A DNA stretch of 27,353 nucleotides from Melioribacteraceae bacterium (GTDB taxonomy: Bacteria > Bacteroidota > Ignavibacteria > Ignavibacteriales > Melioribacteraceae), in contig JBAYWA010000001.1 in assembly GCA_041674325.1 (NCBI GenBank), positions 1 to 27,353 on the forward strand. The letters run 5' to 3'. The position numbers and the translations under genes are program-made. Positions 1 to 9,293 of this stretch are shown here, piece after piece. Below the pieces are notes generated by a model, which made no database searches, was not told the origin of the DNA, and saw only the letters and a program-made list of their open reading frames with translations. The stretch's first letter is position 1. The number at the start of each line of letters is the position of its first letter.

Positions 1-2
1 AG

Positions 3-2222
3 AATCTCAAAGGGACTATTTCCGGAAGAGTAATTGATGAGGTTTCAAACGAGCCTATACCGGGTGTTAATATTATTGTGATGGATTCTGAAAAGGGTGC
101 CGCAACAGACCTGGACGGCGAATTTAAGATATCCAATCTGGAAGCGGGCAATTATCAGCTGCGCATTTCAGCTCTCGGTTACAGCACAATTATCAAATCC
201 GATATAATAGTAAACAATGCAAAACCGACTGTTTTATTGATCAAAATGGTAGGCACATTGATTGAATTGGAAGGAGTGACTGTAAGATCCGGATATTTTG
301 AGATGGATCCAAGTGAAATTGGGAGCGTTGCCAATCTGAGTTATGAGGAAATTCGGCGTTCTCCGGGCGGCTTTGAGGATGTTGTCCGCGCCCTTTCTGT
401 TTTACCGGGTGTGGCGCAGGCAAGCGCGGGAAGAAACGATCTGGTTGTGCGGGGAGGCGCCCCTTCGGAAAACCTTTATATAGTCGATGGTTTTATTGTC
501 CCGAATATAAATCATTTCGGAACCCAGGGAGCAACCGGCGGACCGCTCAGTTTTATCAATCTTGATTTTGTGAGGGAGACAAGTTTTTCCAGCGGAGGAT
601 TCTCTTCTCACTACGGAGATAAACTATCATCAGTGCTTACAATCGATTTAAGGGAGGGAAGAAGTGACACTTTCGGCGGAAAAGGAACTATCTCAGCTTC
701 GCAATTCGGACTGAATCTGGAGGGCCCGATTGGGCAGAAAGGTAATTTTATATTCTCTCTGAGGCGGAGCTATCTTGATTTTATTTTCAACGCGGCCGGA
801 TTTAATTTCGTACCCGAATATTATGATGCGATGATTAAATTCAATTACGATATTGATTCTAAAAACAGGCTCTCGTATCTCTTCATTGGCGCTTTTGATA
901 AAGTGAAATTCAACAACAATAACTCAGATGATCTGTATGAAAATTCAAGAATACTCGGATCCGATCAGAATACATACATAACCGGACTCTCATACCGGAA
1001 ACTTTTTGATAAGGGGTATTTCAACTTATCGTTGAGCCGGAATTTTACCGATTATGATTCTTCGCAGCGCGATACGCTTTTTAATCCGATATTTTTGAAT
1101 AAATCGCGGGAAGGCGAGAACGAATTGAAAGGGGATCTGATTTATAAAATCTCATCTGAATCCGAATTGAATTTAGGTCTCTCCGCTAAGCTGATAAAAT
1201 TTTCCGCCGACATTAAGCTTCCGAATTTTACGACGAGCTTCGGTGAAAAGCTTAATATCACATCGCTCAATTCCGGGAGAAATTTTACAAAATTCGGATT
1301 TTATACACAGTATATAAATACAATGTTCGAGAGACTGAGAGTGAGTCTGGGAATCAGGGGAGATTACTTCAGCGGTATTAATACAGAATTATATTTTAGT
1401 CCGAGATTCTCATCTTCATTTATGCTCACTGAAATTTCCTCAGTTAATTTTAGCGCGGGCATTTATCATCAGAATCCCTCATATATTTGGCTCATTGCCG
1501 ATGATGCGAATAAAAATCTGAAAGCCGTCCGGGTAAATCAATTTGTTCTCGGATATGAAAGAATGCTGCAGGATGATCTGCGCGTTAAGGTTGAAGGCTT
1601 CTACAAAAAATATGAAGATTATCCCGCCAGTATGTTGCGTCCATATATTGTTCTGGCAAATACCGGAGCCGGTTACGGAGGCGGGGACGACAATTTCTCG
1701 GCATTCGGCCTCGAACCGCTGGCCAGCGCTGGAAAGGGGGAGGTTCACGGAATCGAATTTTCACTCCAAAAAAAATCATCGGACATTCCAAGCTATGGAA
1801 TTGTGAGTGTTACATGGAGCGAGTCGGTCTTTGCCGGATTGGACGGTGTTGAAAGGCCCGGCAGTTACAGTCAAAACTGGATTCTGAATTTAACCGGGGG
1901 ATATATTTTTAACAAAAAGTGGGAAGCTTCGTTCAAATTCAGATTTGCTACGGGCAATCCATATACTCAATTCAACACTGACGGGACTCAGAGTGTTATA
2001 AATTACAATATGTCGAGATTCGATTCCAATCATTCACTGGATGTAAGAGTAGACCGCCGATGGGATTTTGACGGATGGGCAATGATTACGTATATCGATA
2101 TTCAGAATATTTATAACCAAAAAAATACTTATACAATCCGCTGGGACTACAGAAAAGGAAGAGTAGCAGATCAGTCTTCAATAGGGCTGCTTCCGTCTAT
2201 CGGAGTAAGTGTGGAATTTTAA
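3..2222 (+). CDS. TonB-dependent outer-membrane receptor with an N-terminal carboxypeptidase-regulatory-like domain (5'-truncated by the window edge)
   Basis: The frame is open from position 3 (NLKGTISGRVIDEVSNEPIPGVNIIVM...), so the true start lies upstream of the ORF call at 78. It has a plug motif (LPGV...NDLVVRGGAPSENLYIVDG...NINHF), a barrel with LDVRVDRRW and YIDIQNIYN, and a C-terminal Phe (VSVEF). Confidence 0.92.
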   Translation, partial: NLKGTISGRVIDEVSNEPIPGVNIIVMDSEKGAATDLDGEFKISNLEAGNYQLRISALGYSTIIKSDIIVNNAKPTVLLIKMVGTLIELEGVTVRSGYFEMDPSEIGSVANLSYEEIRRSPGGFEDVVRALSVLPGVAQASAGRNDLVVRGGAPSENLYIVDGFIVPNINHFGTQGATGGPLSFINLDFVRETSFSSGGFSSHYGDKLSSVLTIDLREGRSDTFGGKGTISASQFGLNLEGPIGQKGNFIFSLRRSYLDFIFNAAGFNFVPEYYDAMIKFNYDIDSKNRLSYLFIGAFDKVKFNNNNSDDLYENSRILGSDQNTYITGLSYRKLFDKGYFNLSLSRNFTDYDSSQRDTLFNPIFLNKSREGENELKGDLIYKISSESELNLGLSAKLIKFSADIKLPNFTTSFGEKLNITSLNSGRNFTKFGFYTQYINTMFERLRVSLGIRGDYFSGINTELYFSPRFSSSFMLTEISSVNFSAGIYHQNPSYIWLIADDANKNLKAVRVNQFVLGYERMLQDDLRVKVEGFYKKYEDYPASMLRPYIVLANTGAGYGGGDDNFSAFGLEPLASAGKGEVHGIEFSLQKKSSDIPSYGIVSVTWSESVFAGLDGVERPGSYSQNWILNLTGGYIFNKKWEASFKFRFATGNPYTQFNTDGTQSVINYNMSRFDSNHSLDVRVDRRWDFDGWAMITYIDIQNIYNQKNTYTIRWDYRKGRVADQSSIGLLPSIGVSVEF

Positions 2223-3591
2223 ATCGCCTCTTCTTTTCCGGACCGGGTGGGGATTCCCAGATCATCCATTTTCCGGTAGAGTGAAGAGAGGCCTATTTCC
2301 AGCGCTTTGGCGGCCTCGTCTTTATTGTAATCAAATTTTCTGATGGTCTTCAGAATATGCTCCTTTTCAAAATCCTTTATAGCATCCTTAAGCGCGTCGG
2401 GATAGCCTTCCTGAATATTACCTCCTTTTATATGCTCGGCGAGGTCCGCAACTGTTATGGTTTCATTTGAAGCGAAGATTATCGCCCTCTCAATTACATT
2501 TTCCAATTCGCGAACACCGCCTCTCCAATCATGCGCTAAAAGTATTTTCATAGTTGCGTTATCAATACCAATTATCCTCTTACCCATCTCCTTACTGAAC
2601 TTCTCAATGAAATGGCTGACGAGGAGCGGGATGTCTTCCGACCGTTCATTTAAAGACGGGAGTTTTATCTCTATCACATTAAGCCGGTAATAAAGGTCCT
2701 CTCTGAATTCGTTGTCTTCGTCTTTTCAAACAAATCCTGATTTGTAGCCGCTATAATTCTCACATCCGTGGTGACGGATTTAATGCCTCCGACCGGAATG
2801 AACTCGCGGTCTTCTATTGCTCTAAGAAGCTTAACCTGAAGGTTAAGGGGCAGTTCCCCGATCTCATCAAGAAAAAGTGTGCCGCCGTCGGCGACTTTGA
2901 ATAGACCGGTTTTATCTTCTGTTGCTCCCGTAAACGATCCTTTCTTATGACCGAACAATTCACTCTCAATCAGATTTTCCGAGATGGCCCCGCAGTTTAT
3001 TGGCAGAAATATTTTTTCTTTTCTGCCGCTGTTTTTGTGGATAGCTTTTGCGACCAGTTCCTTTCCGGTACCGCTTTTCCCAAAAATTAAAACATTACTG
3101 TTAGTAGGGGCAACCTGAGAGATAATGTCGAAAACTTTTTTCATCGGCTGGCTCTTCCCGATAAGATTAGTAAATCCGGTATCGGAAGAGATTCTTTGTC
3201 TTAAAGATTTGTTCTCGGCTGCGAGCGTTTTATAGTCGATCAGTCTTTTTACTCTTATAATTACATCCTCAAATTCAACGGGCTTAATAAGATAATCATA
3301 AGCTCCGCAGCGCAGCGCGTCGATTGCAGTTTTTACGGAGGCAAATGCTGTCATTATGATAAAAAAAGTTTCCGGTGAAATTTTGGAGGAGGACTCGAGA
3401 AGCTGCATGCCGTCCAGTTTTGGCATTTTAATATCTGAAATCACAACATCATAAGAATTTTCCTGAATCTTTAACAAGGCCTCTTCGCCGTCTCCGGCTG
3501 TATCGGTAATGAAGCCCTCTTCGGCCAGAACCATTTTGAGGGAATCGCGGATCGGTTTCTCATCGTCGACTATAAGAATTTTTGAGGGCAT
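2219..3591 (-). pseudogene. Sigma-54-dependent response regulator (NtrC/AtoC family: receiver, AAA+, Fis HTH), interrupted by a 1-nt frameshift. This is either a pseudogene or a sequencing error.
   Basis: ORF 2674-3591 has the receiver (LIVDDE, SDIKMP), Walker A (GKSGTGKE), ESELFGH..GSFTGA and Walker B (LFLDEIGEL). The conserved NEFREDLYYRLNV continues in another frame and joins ORF 2219-2677 (IEIKLPSL, WRGGVRELENVIERA, HTH NKDEAAKALEIGLSSLYRKM). Confidence 0.85.
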
Positions 3592-3603
3592 TTTAACTCC
3601 AAC

Positions 3604-5103
3604 CTAATTTTCAATTATCGGAAGACTTATTCTGAAGGAACTTCCTTCATTCAGTTTACTTGCTACTTTTATTTCGCCGTTAAATCTTTTGATGATTCCA
3701 TAGCTGACAGAAAGTCCCAATCCGGTTCCTTTTCCAACTTCCTTTGTAGTGAAAAACGGATCAAAAATCTTTTCGGTTGTCTGTTCATCCATTCCGCAGC
3801 CGTCGTCCGATATCTCAACATAGATATTTTTTTTATCGAACTCGGATTTAAGAAAAATTGTTCCGTTCCCCTCGATAGCGTCAAGGGCGTTTATCAGTAT
3901 GTTTATGAAAACCTGAAGAAGCTGGTCGGCTGCAACGCTCACATTCGGCAGGTAATTTTTCAAATCGGTTTCAAATTTCACTTTACGGATTCTCTTATCA
4001 TACTTTACAATGCCGAGCGCCGTTCTAATTACATCGGTTACATCCTGAATTGCAGTTTCATAGCTGGGCGGACGGGAAAAATCAACAAGCTCCCGCACAA
4101 TTTTAGTTATACGGTCTATATTCTCTTTGATGTTGACCAGCTGCTCGCTCATAAAGCTGTCCTGGCTTCGCCTCTGAAGAATCTGCACCAGAGAAGAAAT
4201 TGAAGTAAGGGGATTGCCTATTTCGTGCGCCACTCCCGCCGCGAGCTGTCCTATAACAGCCAGTTTTTCCGACTGATCTATCTGTGCCTGCAGACGTTTG
4301 AATTCTGTATAGTCTTTAATAATAATTGAACGTCCGGCGTATTCGCCATTGCTGCTTGGCAGGCGAGAGACGCTAAGGCGTACTGTTATAAGCTCGCCGT
4401 TCTTCTTTTTCCGTTGAGTTTCCACGATACTCTTATAACCGATTGCTTTTGCCTCCTGGATGATCTGAGCCAGCTCTTTCAGGTACTCTTCTCCGTCGGG
4501 GATTAGCAGGGTTGAAGATTTTCCTAGTACCTCTTCTTCCGTATATCCGAATATTTTTTCCGCCCCTTTGTTCCAGGTTATGAATTTTTCATTCTGATCA
4601 ACCATCATAATCGCTTGATCTGAGGAATGGAGAATACTTTTTAGGTACTGTTGATTGAGTTCCAGCTTTGATGCAAGGCGGTCTCTGTCCAACGCTAACT
4701 CCTTCATCTTGGTATCCTGATGGAGAACGCCGTAGCGGGCGTAGATCTGTTCTATCAATTCGTCAAAAAAACCGAGGAGTATTACGGGATCCGTATTGCT
4801 CATCGCATCAATTTCGATAAAATTGAGAACTGCAAACCGGCCGTGACTGAATAGCTGGCTTACCTCAAGGAGGTTCAAATTTGCACCGGAAAAAAGTGTA
4901 TATGTGTCAATTAAATATTGGTCCGCCGATTTGTAATCACTCGTCTCTATCACATCAATGAATGAATTGAGGCTGCTCTCTACAAAAGTGCGAATTTGGG
5001 GTTCGGAAAGCTTTCCTGTAAAAATCGGAATCAGCTTGGCGCTCCAACTTTCGCTTATCGCATTGAAATATCTTGTTAGAAGTTCTATCAGTAATTTTTT
5101 CAT
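3604..5103 (-). CDS. Cytoplasmic PAS-domain sensor histidine kinase (HisKA + HATPase) with an uncharacterised N-terminal helical domain
   Basis: PAS-like segment (AIMMVDQNEKFITWNKGAEKIFGYTEEEVLGK), H-box AHEIGNPL, N-box QVFINILINALDA, G1 DDGCGM, F-box IFDPFFTTK and G2 GKGTGLGLS. No obvious transmembrane helix. It lies 12 bp upstream of the response regulator, whose start is preceded by GGAG. Confidence 0.93.
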   Translation of the reverse strand: MKKLLIELLTRYFNAISESWSAKLIPIFTGKLSEPQIRTFVESSLNSFIDVIETSDYKSADQYLIDTYTLFSGANLNLLEVSQLFSHGRFAVLNFIEIDAMSNTDPVILLGFFDELIEQIYARYGVLHQDTKMKELALDRDRLASKLELNQQYLKSILHSSDQAIMMVDQNEKFITWNKGAEKIFGYTEEEVLGKSSTLLIPDGEEYLKELAQIIQEAKAIGYKSIVETQRKKKNGELITVRLSVSRLPSSNGEYAGRSIIIKDYTEFKRLQAQIDQSEKLAVIGQLAAGVAHEIGNPLTSISSLVQILQRRSQDSFMSEQLVNIKENIDRITKIVRELVDFSRPPSYETAIQDVTDVIRTALGIVKYDKRIRKVKFETDLKNYLPNVSVAADQLLQVFINILINALDAIEGNGTIFLKSEFDKKNIYVEISDDGCGMDEQTTEKIFDPFFTTKEVGKGTGLGLSVSYGIIKRFNGEIKVASKLNEGSSFRISLPIIEN

Positions 5104-5288
5104 AAATTCAAGGGCAATTCCGTATGAATGGTTCTCCCACTTAGTAATGCGAAAAATAAAGAAAGATGCTTTAGAATGAAAGCCGGCTGGACCTATTGCT
5201 AATACATTCTACCATACTGGAACTGAAAAATTCTATCAATGTATAAGATTCAGTTTCGTTATCTTTGACTAAACAGTGGAAAATCACA

Positions 5289-6893
5289 ATGGAAAAAAGA
5301 GCTCTGACCTTAATAATAGTTTTTTTTGTTTCTTCGTTGATAATCGCATCAGATGAAATAATAGTCAAGTCCTCCCCCTCAAACGTCAAAGTTTTTCTCA
5401 GAGGCGCGCAGCTGCACCACTCTTCAAAAGTCAAACTGGAAAAGGGAATGAATGAAATTGTCTTTACCGGACTTGCCTCAAATATAGACCGCAACAGCAT
5501 CAGCTTTTCAACTAAAGGGGAAGCCGTAATTATTTCAGTCACACAACGGTTCGATTTTCTGCGTGCAAAGGAAAAAAGTCCACAGATAAAAATTTTGGAG
5601 GACTCGCTGGAGTCTCAAGTCAGATTGCTCACATTCAGCCAGAATGAAACTGAGGCACTAAAAGCAGAGATTGAATTAATACTGGCGAATAAAATTCTCG
5701 GGAATGAAAAGACCGGAGTATCGGTTCCGGATCTTCAAAAAATGGGTGAATATTACCGTAAACGGCTGACGGAAATAAAGAGTAAAATGTACGACCTTTC
5801 GTTAAACACGCAAAAGTACCAGAAAAATGTTGAGCGGATTCAGAATCAATTGAAAGAATTGAATAATAAACTTAATGTTCCAGTAAATGAAATTGTTGCT
5901 ACTGTATCGGCTAAATCAGCGGAAATTCTGGAAGCTGATCTATCATATCTGATTTACGATGCCGGATGGCTGCCGGCTTACGATTTAAGAGCAGAGAATG
6001 TATCATCACCGGTATCATTAAGTTATAAAGCCGAAGTCTGGCAGAACAGCGGATTTGACTGGGATGATACGAAGATAATTCTCTCAACAAGAAATCCTGC
6101 TTCAAATAATAATAAGCCTGAAATTAATACCTGGTTCTTGGATTTTGAACGGGCTCAGTTATATAAAGAGTTTAAATTGGGCGCTCAAAGAGGAGGGGCG
6201 GATAATGTAATGCAGGCAGTATCGGAAGTGGCGGCCTCTCCTAAAACTGAAACGATGGCCGATTTTTTCGATGTTCTTGAGACTCAGCTTTCATATGAGT
6301 TTACTCCTACAATTATTTATTCAATCCCGTCGGATAATAAGCCCCACACAATTTCGCTAAGGGAATTACTTATTCCGGCAAAATATGAATATTACAGCGC
6401 CCCTAAGCTTGATGATAACGCATTCCTTGTAGCGAAGCTGACAGATTGGAAAAACTATAATTTGCTTCCGGGAGAAGCTAATATCTATTTTGAAAATTCT
6501 TATGTTGGACAGACGCGCATCGATCCCGAAACAACTCTTGACACTCTTGTTTTTTCAATGGGACGCGATCAGAATATTTCAGCTTCCCGGGAAGTGCTGA
6601 AGGATTTTTCGGAAGATAAATTTCTGAGCAGCAATGTAGAACGGACATTTGCCTTCGAGATCAGAATTAAAAATAATAAAAAGGGGACGGTCAAAATTTT
6701 AACTGTGGATCAGATTCCCGTTTCGAAAAATGAAGATATAGTTGTTGAACTGGTTGATTCCTCCGGAGCGGCCTATGATCCAGGTTCTGGCAAAGTAAGC
6801 TGGAACATCGAAGTTGAGGGGGGAAAGTCGGTCGTGAAGAAATTAGTCTATTCAGTAAAATATCCGAAAGACAAAAAGATTCAGGGATTGTGA
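5289..6893 (+). CDS. DUF4140/DUF4139 exported protein (mucoidy inhibitor MuiA-like family)
   Basis: The ATG at 5289 gives a signal-peptide-like N-terminus (MEKRALTLIIVFFVSSLIIA). It has V.VFLRGAQL, a coiled-coil middle, AGWLPAYDLR, Y.A.VWQNSGFDW, LSTRNP, SIPSD, LLPGEANIYF and V.DQIPVSKNEDIV. Confidence 0.85.
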   Translation: MEKRALTLIIVFFVSSLIIASDEIIVKSSPSNVKVFLRGAQLHHSSKVKLEKGMNEIVFTGLASNIDRNSISFSTKGEAVIISVTQRFDFLRAKEKSPQIKILEDSLESQVRLLTFSQNETEALKAEIELILANKILGNEKTGVSVPDLQKMGEYYRKRLTEIKSKMYDLSLNTQKYQKNVERIQNQLKELNNKLNVPVNEIVATVSAKSAEILEADLSYLIYDAGWLPAYDLRAENVSSPVSLSYKAEVWQNSGFDWDDTKIILSTRNPASNNNKPEINTWFLDFERAQLYKEFKLGAQRGGADNVMQAVSEVAASPKTETMADFFDVLETQLSYEFTPTIIYSIPSDNKPHTISLRELLIPAKYEYYSAPKLDDNAFLVAKLTDWKNYNLLPGEANIYFENSYVGQTRIDPETTLDTLVFSMGRDQNISASREVLKDFSEDKFLSSNVERTFAFEIRIKNNKKGTVKILTVDQIPVSKNEDIVVELVDSSGAAYDPGSGKVSWNIEVEGGKSVVKKLVYSVKYPKDKKIQGL

Positions 6894-6911
6894 AGGTTTT
6901 GGCTTTTTACT

Positions 6912-6941
6912 CGCTGGCTCGGTAATTCGAGCCAGCGTTTT
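6912..6941 (+). terminator. Rho-independent terminator-like hairpin between the convergent DUF4139 and neuB genes
   Basis: A perfect 10-bp stem CGCTGGCTCG/CGAGCCAGCG (6912-6921, 6928-6937) with a 6-nt loop is followed by TTTT on the + strand. The flanking TTTACTC/GAGTAAA can extend the pairing. There is no U-tract on the - strand. Confidence 0.7.
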
Positions 6942-6983
6942 GAGTAAACCGGGAGAAAATCAAATCACGAAGATAGGTAGTAC

Positions 6984-7877
6984 TCAGGCGGTAATATTAG
7001 GTTTGATTTTTCTGAGTTTGTCTATGCTTTGATATTCACTGCCGTAGACTTTTTTCACTCCATCTCCCAGCGCTTTTTCAAGGTCGCGAATATCCTGAAC
7101 AAGTTTTAGCATTCCGTTCACCTCAACTGAAGCGGCCTGATCGGTTCCCCACATCGCGCGGTCTAGTGTAATATGCCTCTCAACAAAGGCGGCGCCCAGT
7201 GCGACCGCGCCGAGTGTCGGGGCTAAGCCGGTTTCATGTCCGGAATAACCGATAGGCACTTCCTGGAATTTTTCTTTGTACGTTTTTATCACATTCAGAT
7301 TTAACTCCTCCAGAGCGCATGGATAATTTGAAGTAGTCTGGGCGATCATCAAATTATCTGTGCTCAAAATTTCCACAGCTTCTTCAATCTCATCTATTGC
7401 GGACATGCCCGTGGAGAGAATTACGGGTCTTCCTGTGGCTTTAATTTTTCTGAGAAGCTTGTGGTCAGTCAGACAGGCAGAAGCGATTTTATGCATAACT
7501 GGTTTGAATTTTTCCATAAAGTTCAACGCCTCTTCATCCCAGGGAGAAGCAAACCAATCAATCCCTTTCTGCCTGCAATATCCATCAATCTCCAGATATT
7601 CTTCGAATCCGAATTCAACTTTATGGCGGTATTCGAGATACGTTATTCTTCCCCAGGGAGTTTCTCTTTCGATATTCCATTGATCTTTAGGCACGCACAA
7701 TTCGGGTGTTCGCTTTTGAAATTTAACAGCGTTGCAGCCGGCGAAGACGGCTCCGTCGATCAATTTTTTCGCGAGTTCCAGCGATCCGTTATGATTTATC
7801 CCGATTTCGGCGATAATATAAACGGGTTCTCCGTCTCCGATCCATCTATTTCCGACTTTAACTTTGCTAATTTTCAT
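6984..7877 (-). CDS. neuB: NeuB-family ulosonic acid (phosphate) synthase, short form lacking the C-terminal SAF/antifreeze-like domain
   Basis: Motifs IAEIGINHNGS, AVKFQKR, FASPWD, KIASA, ILSTGMS, TSNYP, IGYSGHE and VERHITLDR..WGTDQAAS. It is 297 aa and ends right after LGDGVKKV. Confidence 0.93.
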   Translation of the reverse strand: MKISKVKVGNRWIGDGEPVYIIAEIGINHNGSLELAKKLIDGAVFAGCNAVKFQKRTPELCVPKDQWNIERETPWGRITYLEYRHKVEFGFEEYLEIDGYCRQKGIDWFASPWDEEALNFMEKFKPVMHKIASACLTDHKLLRKIKATGRPVILSTGMSAIDEIEEAVEILSTDNLMIAQTTSNYPCALEELNLNVIKTYKEKFQEVPIGYSGHETGLAPTLGAVALGAAFVERHITLDRAMWGTDQAASVEVNGMLKLVQDIRDLEKALGDGVKKVYGSEYQSIDKLRKIKPNITA

Positions 7878-8410
7878 CTGCCCCTTTTATTAATTGTTTT
7901 TGCCTCGATAATTAATTCAGCCAGATCTCTGAAGGCCCCGCAACCGCCGTTACTTTCTACAACCACATCAACGATGTTTTTGGCAAACTTTGTAGCATCA
8001 TTTGGACAAGCTGAGAGACCAACACGCTTCAATATTTCCAGATCGTTTGTATCGTCACCGATAAATGCTATCTCCCCGGCACTCAGATTTTTTCTGTTGA
8101 TAATATCCTCTAGTGTCTTTTCCTTTTCATAAACTCCCATGTGCAGTTCATCAATATTTAACTTTTGAGCTCTTGATTTGACTATCAGGGTATTCTCACG
8201 GGTAATAATTCCGGTTTCAACCCCAACAAGTTTTTTCAGGCGTTCAACACCCATCCCGTCTCTTATAGAATACCGCTTCATCAATTCACCCTTTTCGGAA
8301 TAATAAACGCCGGTGTCCGTTAGAACGCCATCGACATCCGTTAAAAGCAATTTAATTTTAGAAGCGCGCTTAAGAAGCTGGCTCCTTGTCAATTTTTTTT
8401 TCATACTCAT
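7874..8410 (-). CDS. HAD phosphatase of the KdsC/YrbI family (probably a nonulosonate-9-phosphate phosphatase)
   Basis: Motif I DVDGVLTD, DGMG, motif II IITRE, K and motif IV AFIGDDTND. Its stop overlaps the neuB start (ATGA). Confidence 0.9.
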   Translation of the reverse strand: MSMKKKLTRSQLLKRASKIKLLLTDVDGVLTDTGVYYSEKGELMKRYSIRDGMGVERLKKLVGVETGIITRENTLIVKSRAQKLNIDELHMGVYEKEKTLEDIINRKNLSAGEIAFIGDDTNDLEILKRVGLSACPNDATKFAKNIVDVVVESNGGCGAFRDLAELIIEAKTINKRGR

Positions 8411-8476
8411 TCTATTCTTAAAGGTTCTTAAATCAATTTATCTTTTTTTATACTTTTTCCCTAATTACCCAAAATA

Positions 8477-9280
8477 TTACCAGCAGGTCCAGCCGCCATC
8501 GACAACAAGGTTTGCCCCGGTCATATAAATTGACGCGTCGCTGGCAAGGAAAATCAATGCTCCTCTATAATCCGAAGGATTTGCCATTCTTCCAAGCGGA
8601 GTTTTAGTCGAATATTTTTCAACGAAAAATTCATCCTGATTATTAAACACGCCGCCGGGTGTAAGAGTGTTAACGCGCACTCCATCCTTTCCCCAGTATG
8701 CAGCCAGATATTTAGTGAACATAATCACGGCCCCTTTTGTGGCGGAGTAAGCAGGCGGCTTATAAAAAGACTGTGATCCGTCCTCTTTGATATATAACGA
8801 TTGGTCCGGCGCTGTTAAACCGTATGTAGACGCTATGTTTATTATACTACCCGATCTTTGTTTTGCCATCTCAGTCCCTATAATCTGTGATGCTAAAAAA
8901 ACGCCGGTCAGATTCACATCAACAGATTTTTGCCACAATTCAAGAGGATAATTTTCAAATTTTGACTGTTCGCTTGCGGCTTTTGGATCTTCGAACATAT
9001 CATTAATTGCGGCATTGTTCACAAGGATATCAATTTGTCCGAACTTCCTGATTATTGTATCTTTTAAAATTTTGACCGATTCCGGTTTAGTCACATCAAG
9101 CGCGGCGCCGAGTGATTCTGTTGCAAGGGTTCCGGCAAAATTCACGCATCCGCTTTCGTCAATATCGGCCACTACGACATTCGCCCCTGCCTCACTTAGA
9201 GCACGGCAATGTTCCCGGCCTATCAAGCCGAGAGCTCCTGTAACGACCGCTGTTTTATTCTCCAGATTAAAAATATTCAT
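8477..9280 (-). CDS. Short-chain dehydrogenase/reductase (PtmA-like, probably NAD-preferring)
   Basis: TGALGLIG, an acidic residue after beta-2 (VADID), NNAA, INIASTYG, catalytic YSATK, VRVNTLTPGG and NLVVDGG. Confidence 0.92.
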   Translation of the reverse strand: MNIFNLENKTAVVTGALGLIGREHCRALSEAGANVVVADIDESGCVNFAGTLATESLGAALDVTKPESVKILKDTIIRKFGQIDILVNNAAINDMFEDPKAASEQSKFENYPLELWQKSVDVNLTGVFLASQIIGTEMAKQRSGSIINIASTYGLTAPDQSLYIKEDGSQSFYKPPAYSATKGAVIMFTKYLAAYWGKDGVRVNTLTPGGVFNNQDEFFVEKYSTKTPLGRMANPSDYRGALIFLASDASIYMTGANLVVDGGWTCW

Positions 9281-9293
9281 TCAGATCTCAAAT

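Noticed and set aside
2711-2735. Programmed -1 ribosomal frameshift in the response regulator
   Set aside because: There is no canonical slippery heptamer or evident downstream structure. A simple indel is more parsimonious.
3-5103. Functional link between the TonB receptor and the convergent two-component system
   Set aside because: Only the 4-bp overlap of stop codons connects them. Convergent orientation gives no evidence of co-regulation.
5183-5200. Possible sigma-54 -24/-12 promoter (GG...TTGC) beside the two-component system
   Set aside because: The GG-GC spacing is 11 or 7 nt instead of the required 10.
5219-5256. GGAACT-N16-GTATAA ECF-like promoter and an AACTGAA/TTCAGTT inverted repeat upstream of DUF4139
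   Set aside because: These are short matches that could easily arise by chance, with no independent support.
5171-5542. 123-aa - strand ORF overlapping the DUF4139 start
   Set aside because: It is mostly antisense to a real gene and has no RBS or motif.
7461-8132. 223-aa + strand ORF
   Set aside because: It lies fully antisense to the well-supported neuB and HAD genes and has no recognisable motifs, so it is a shadow ORF.
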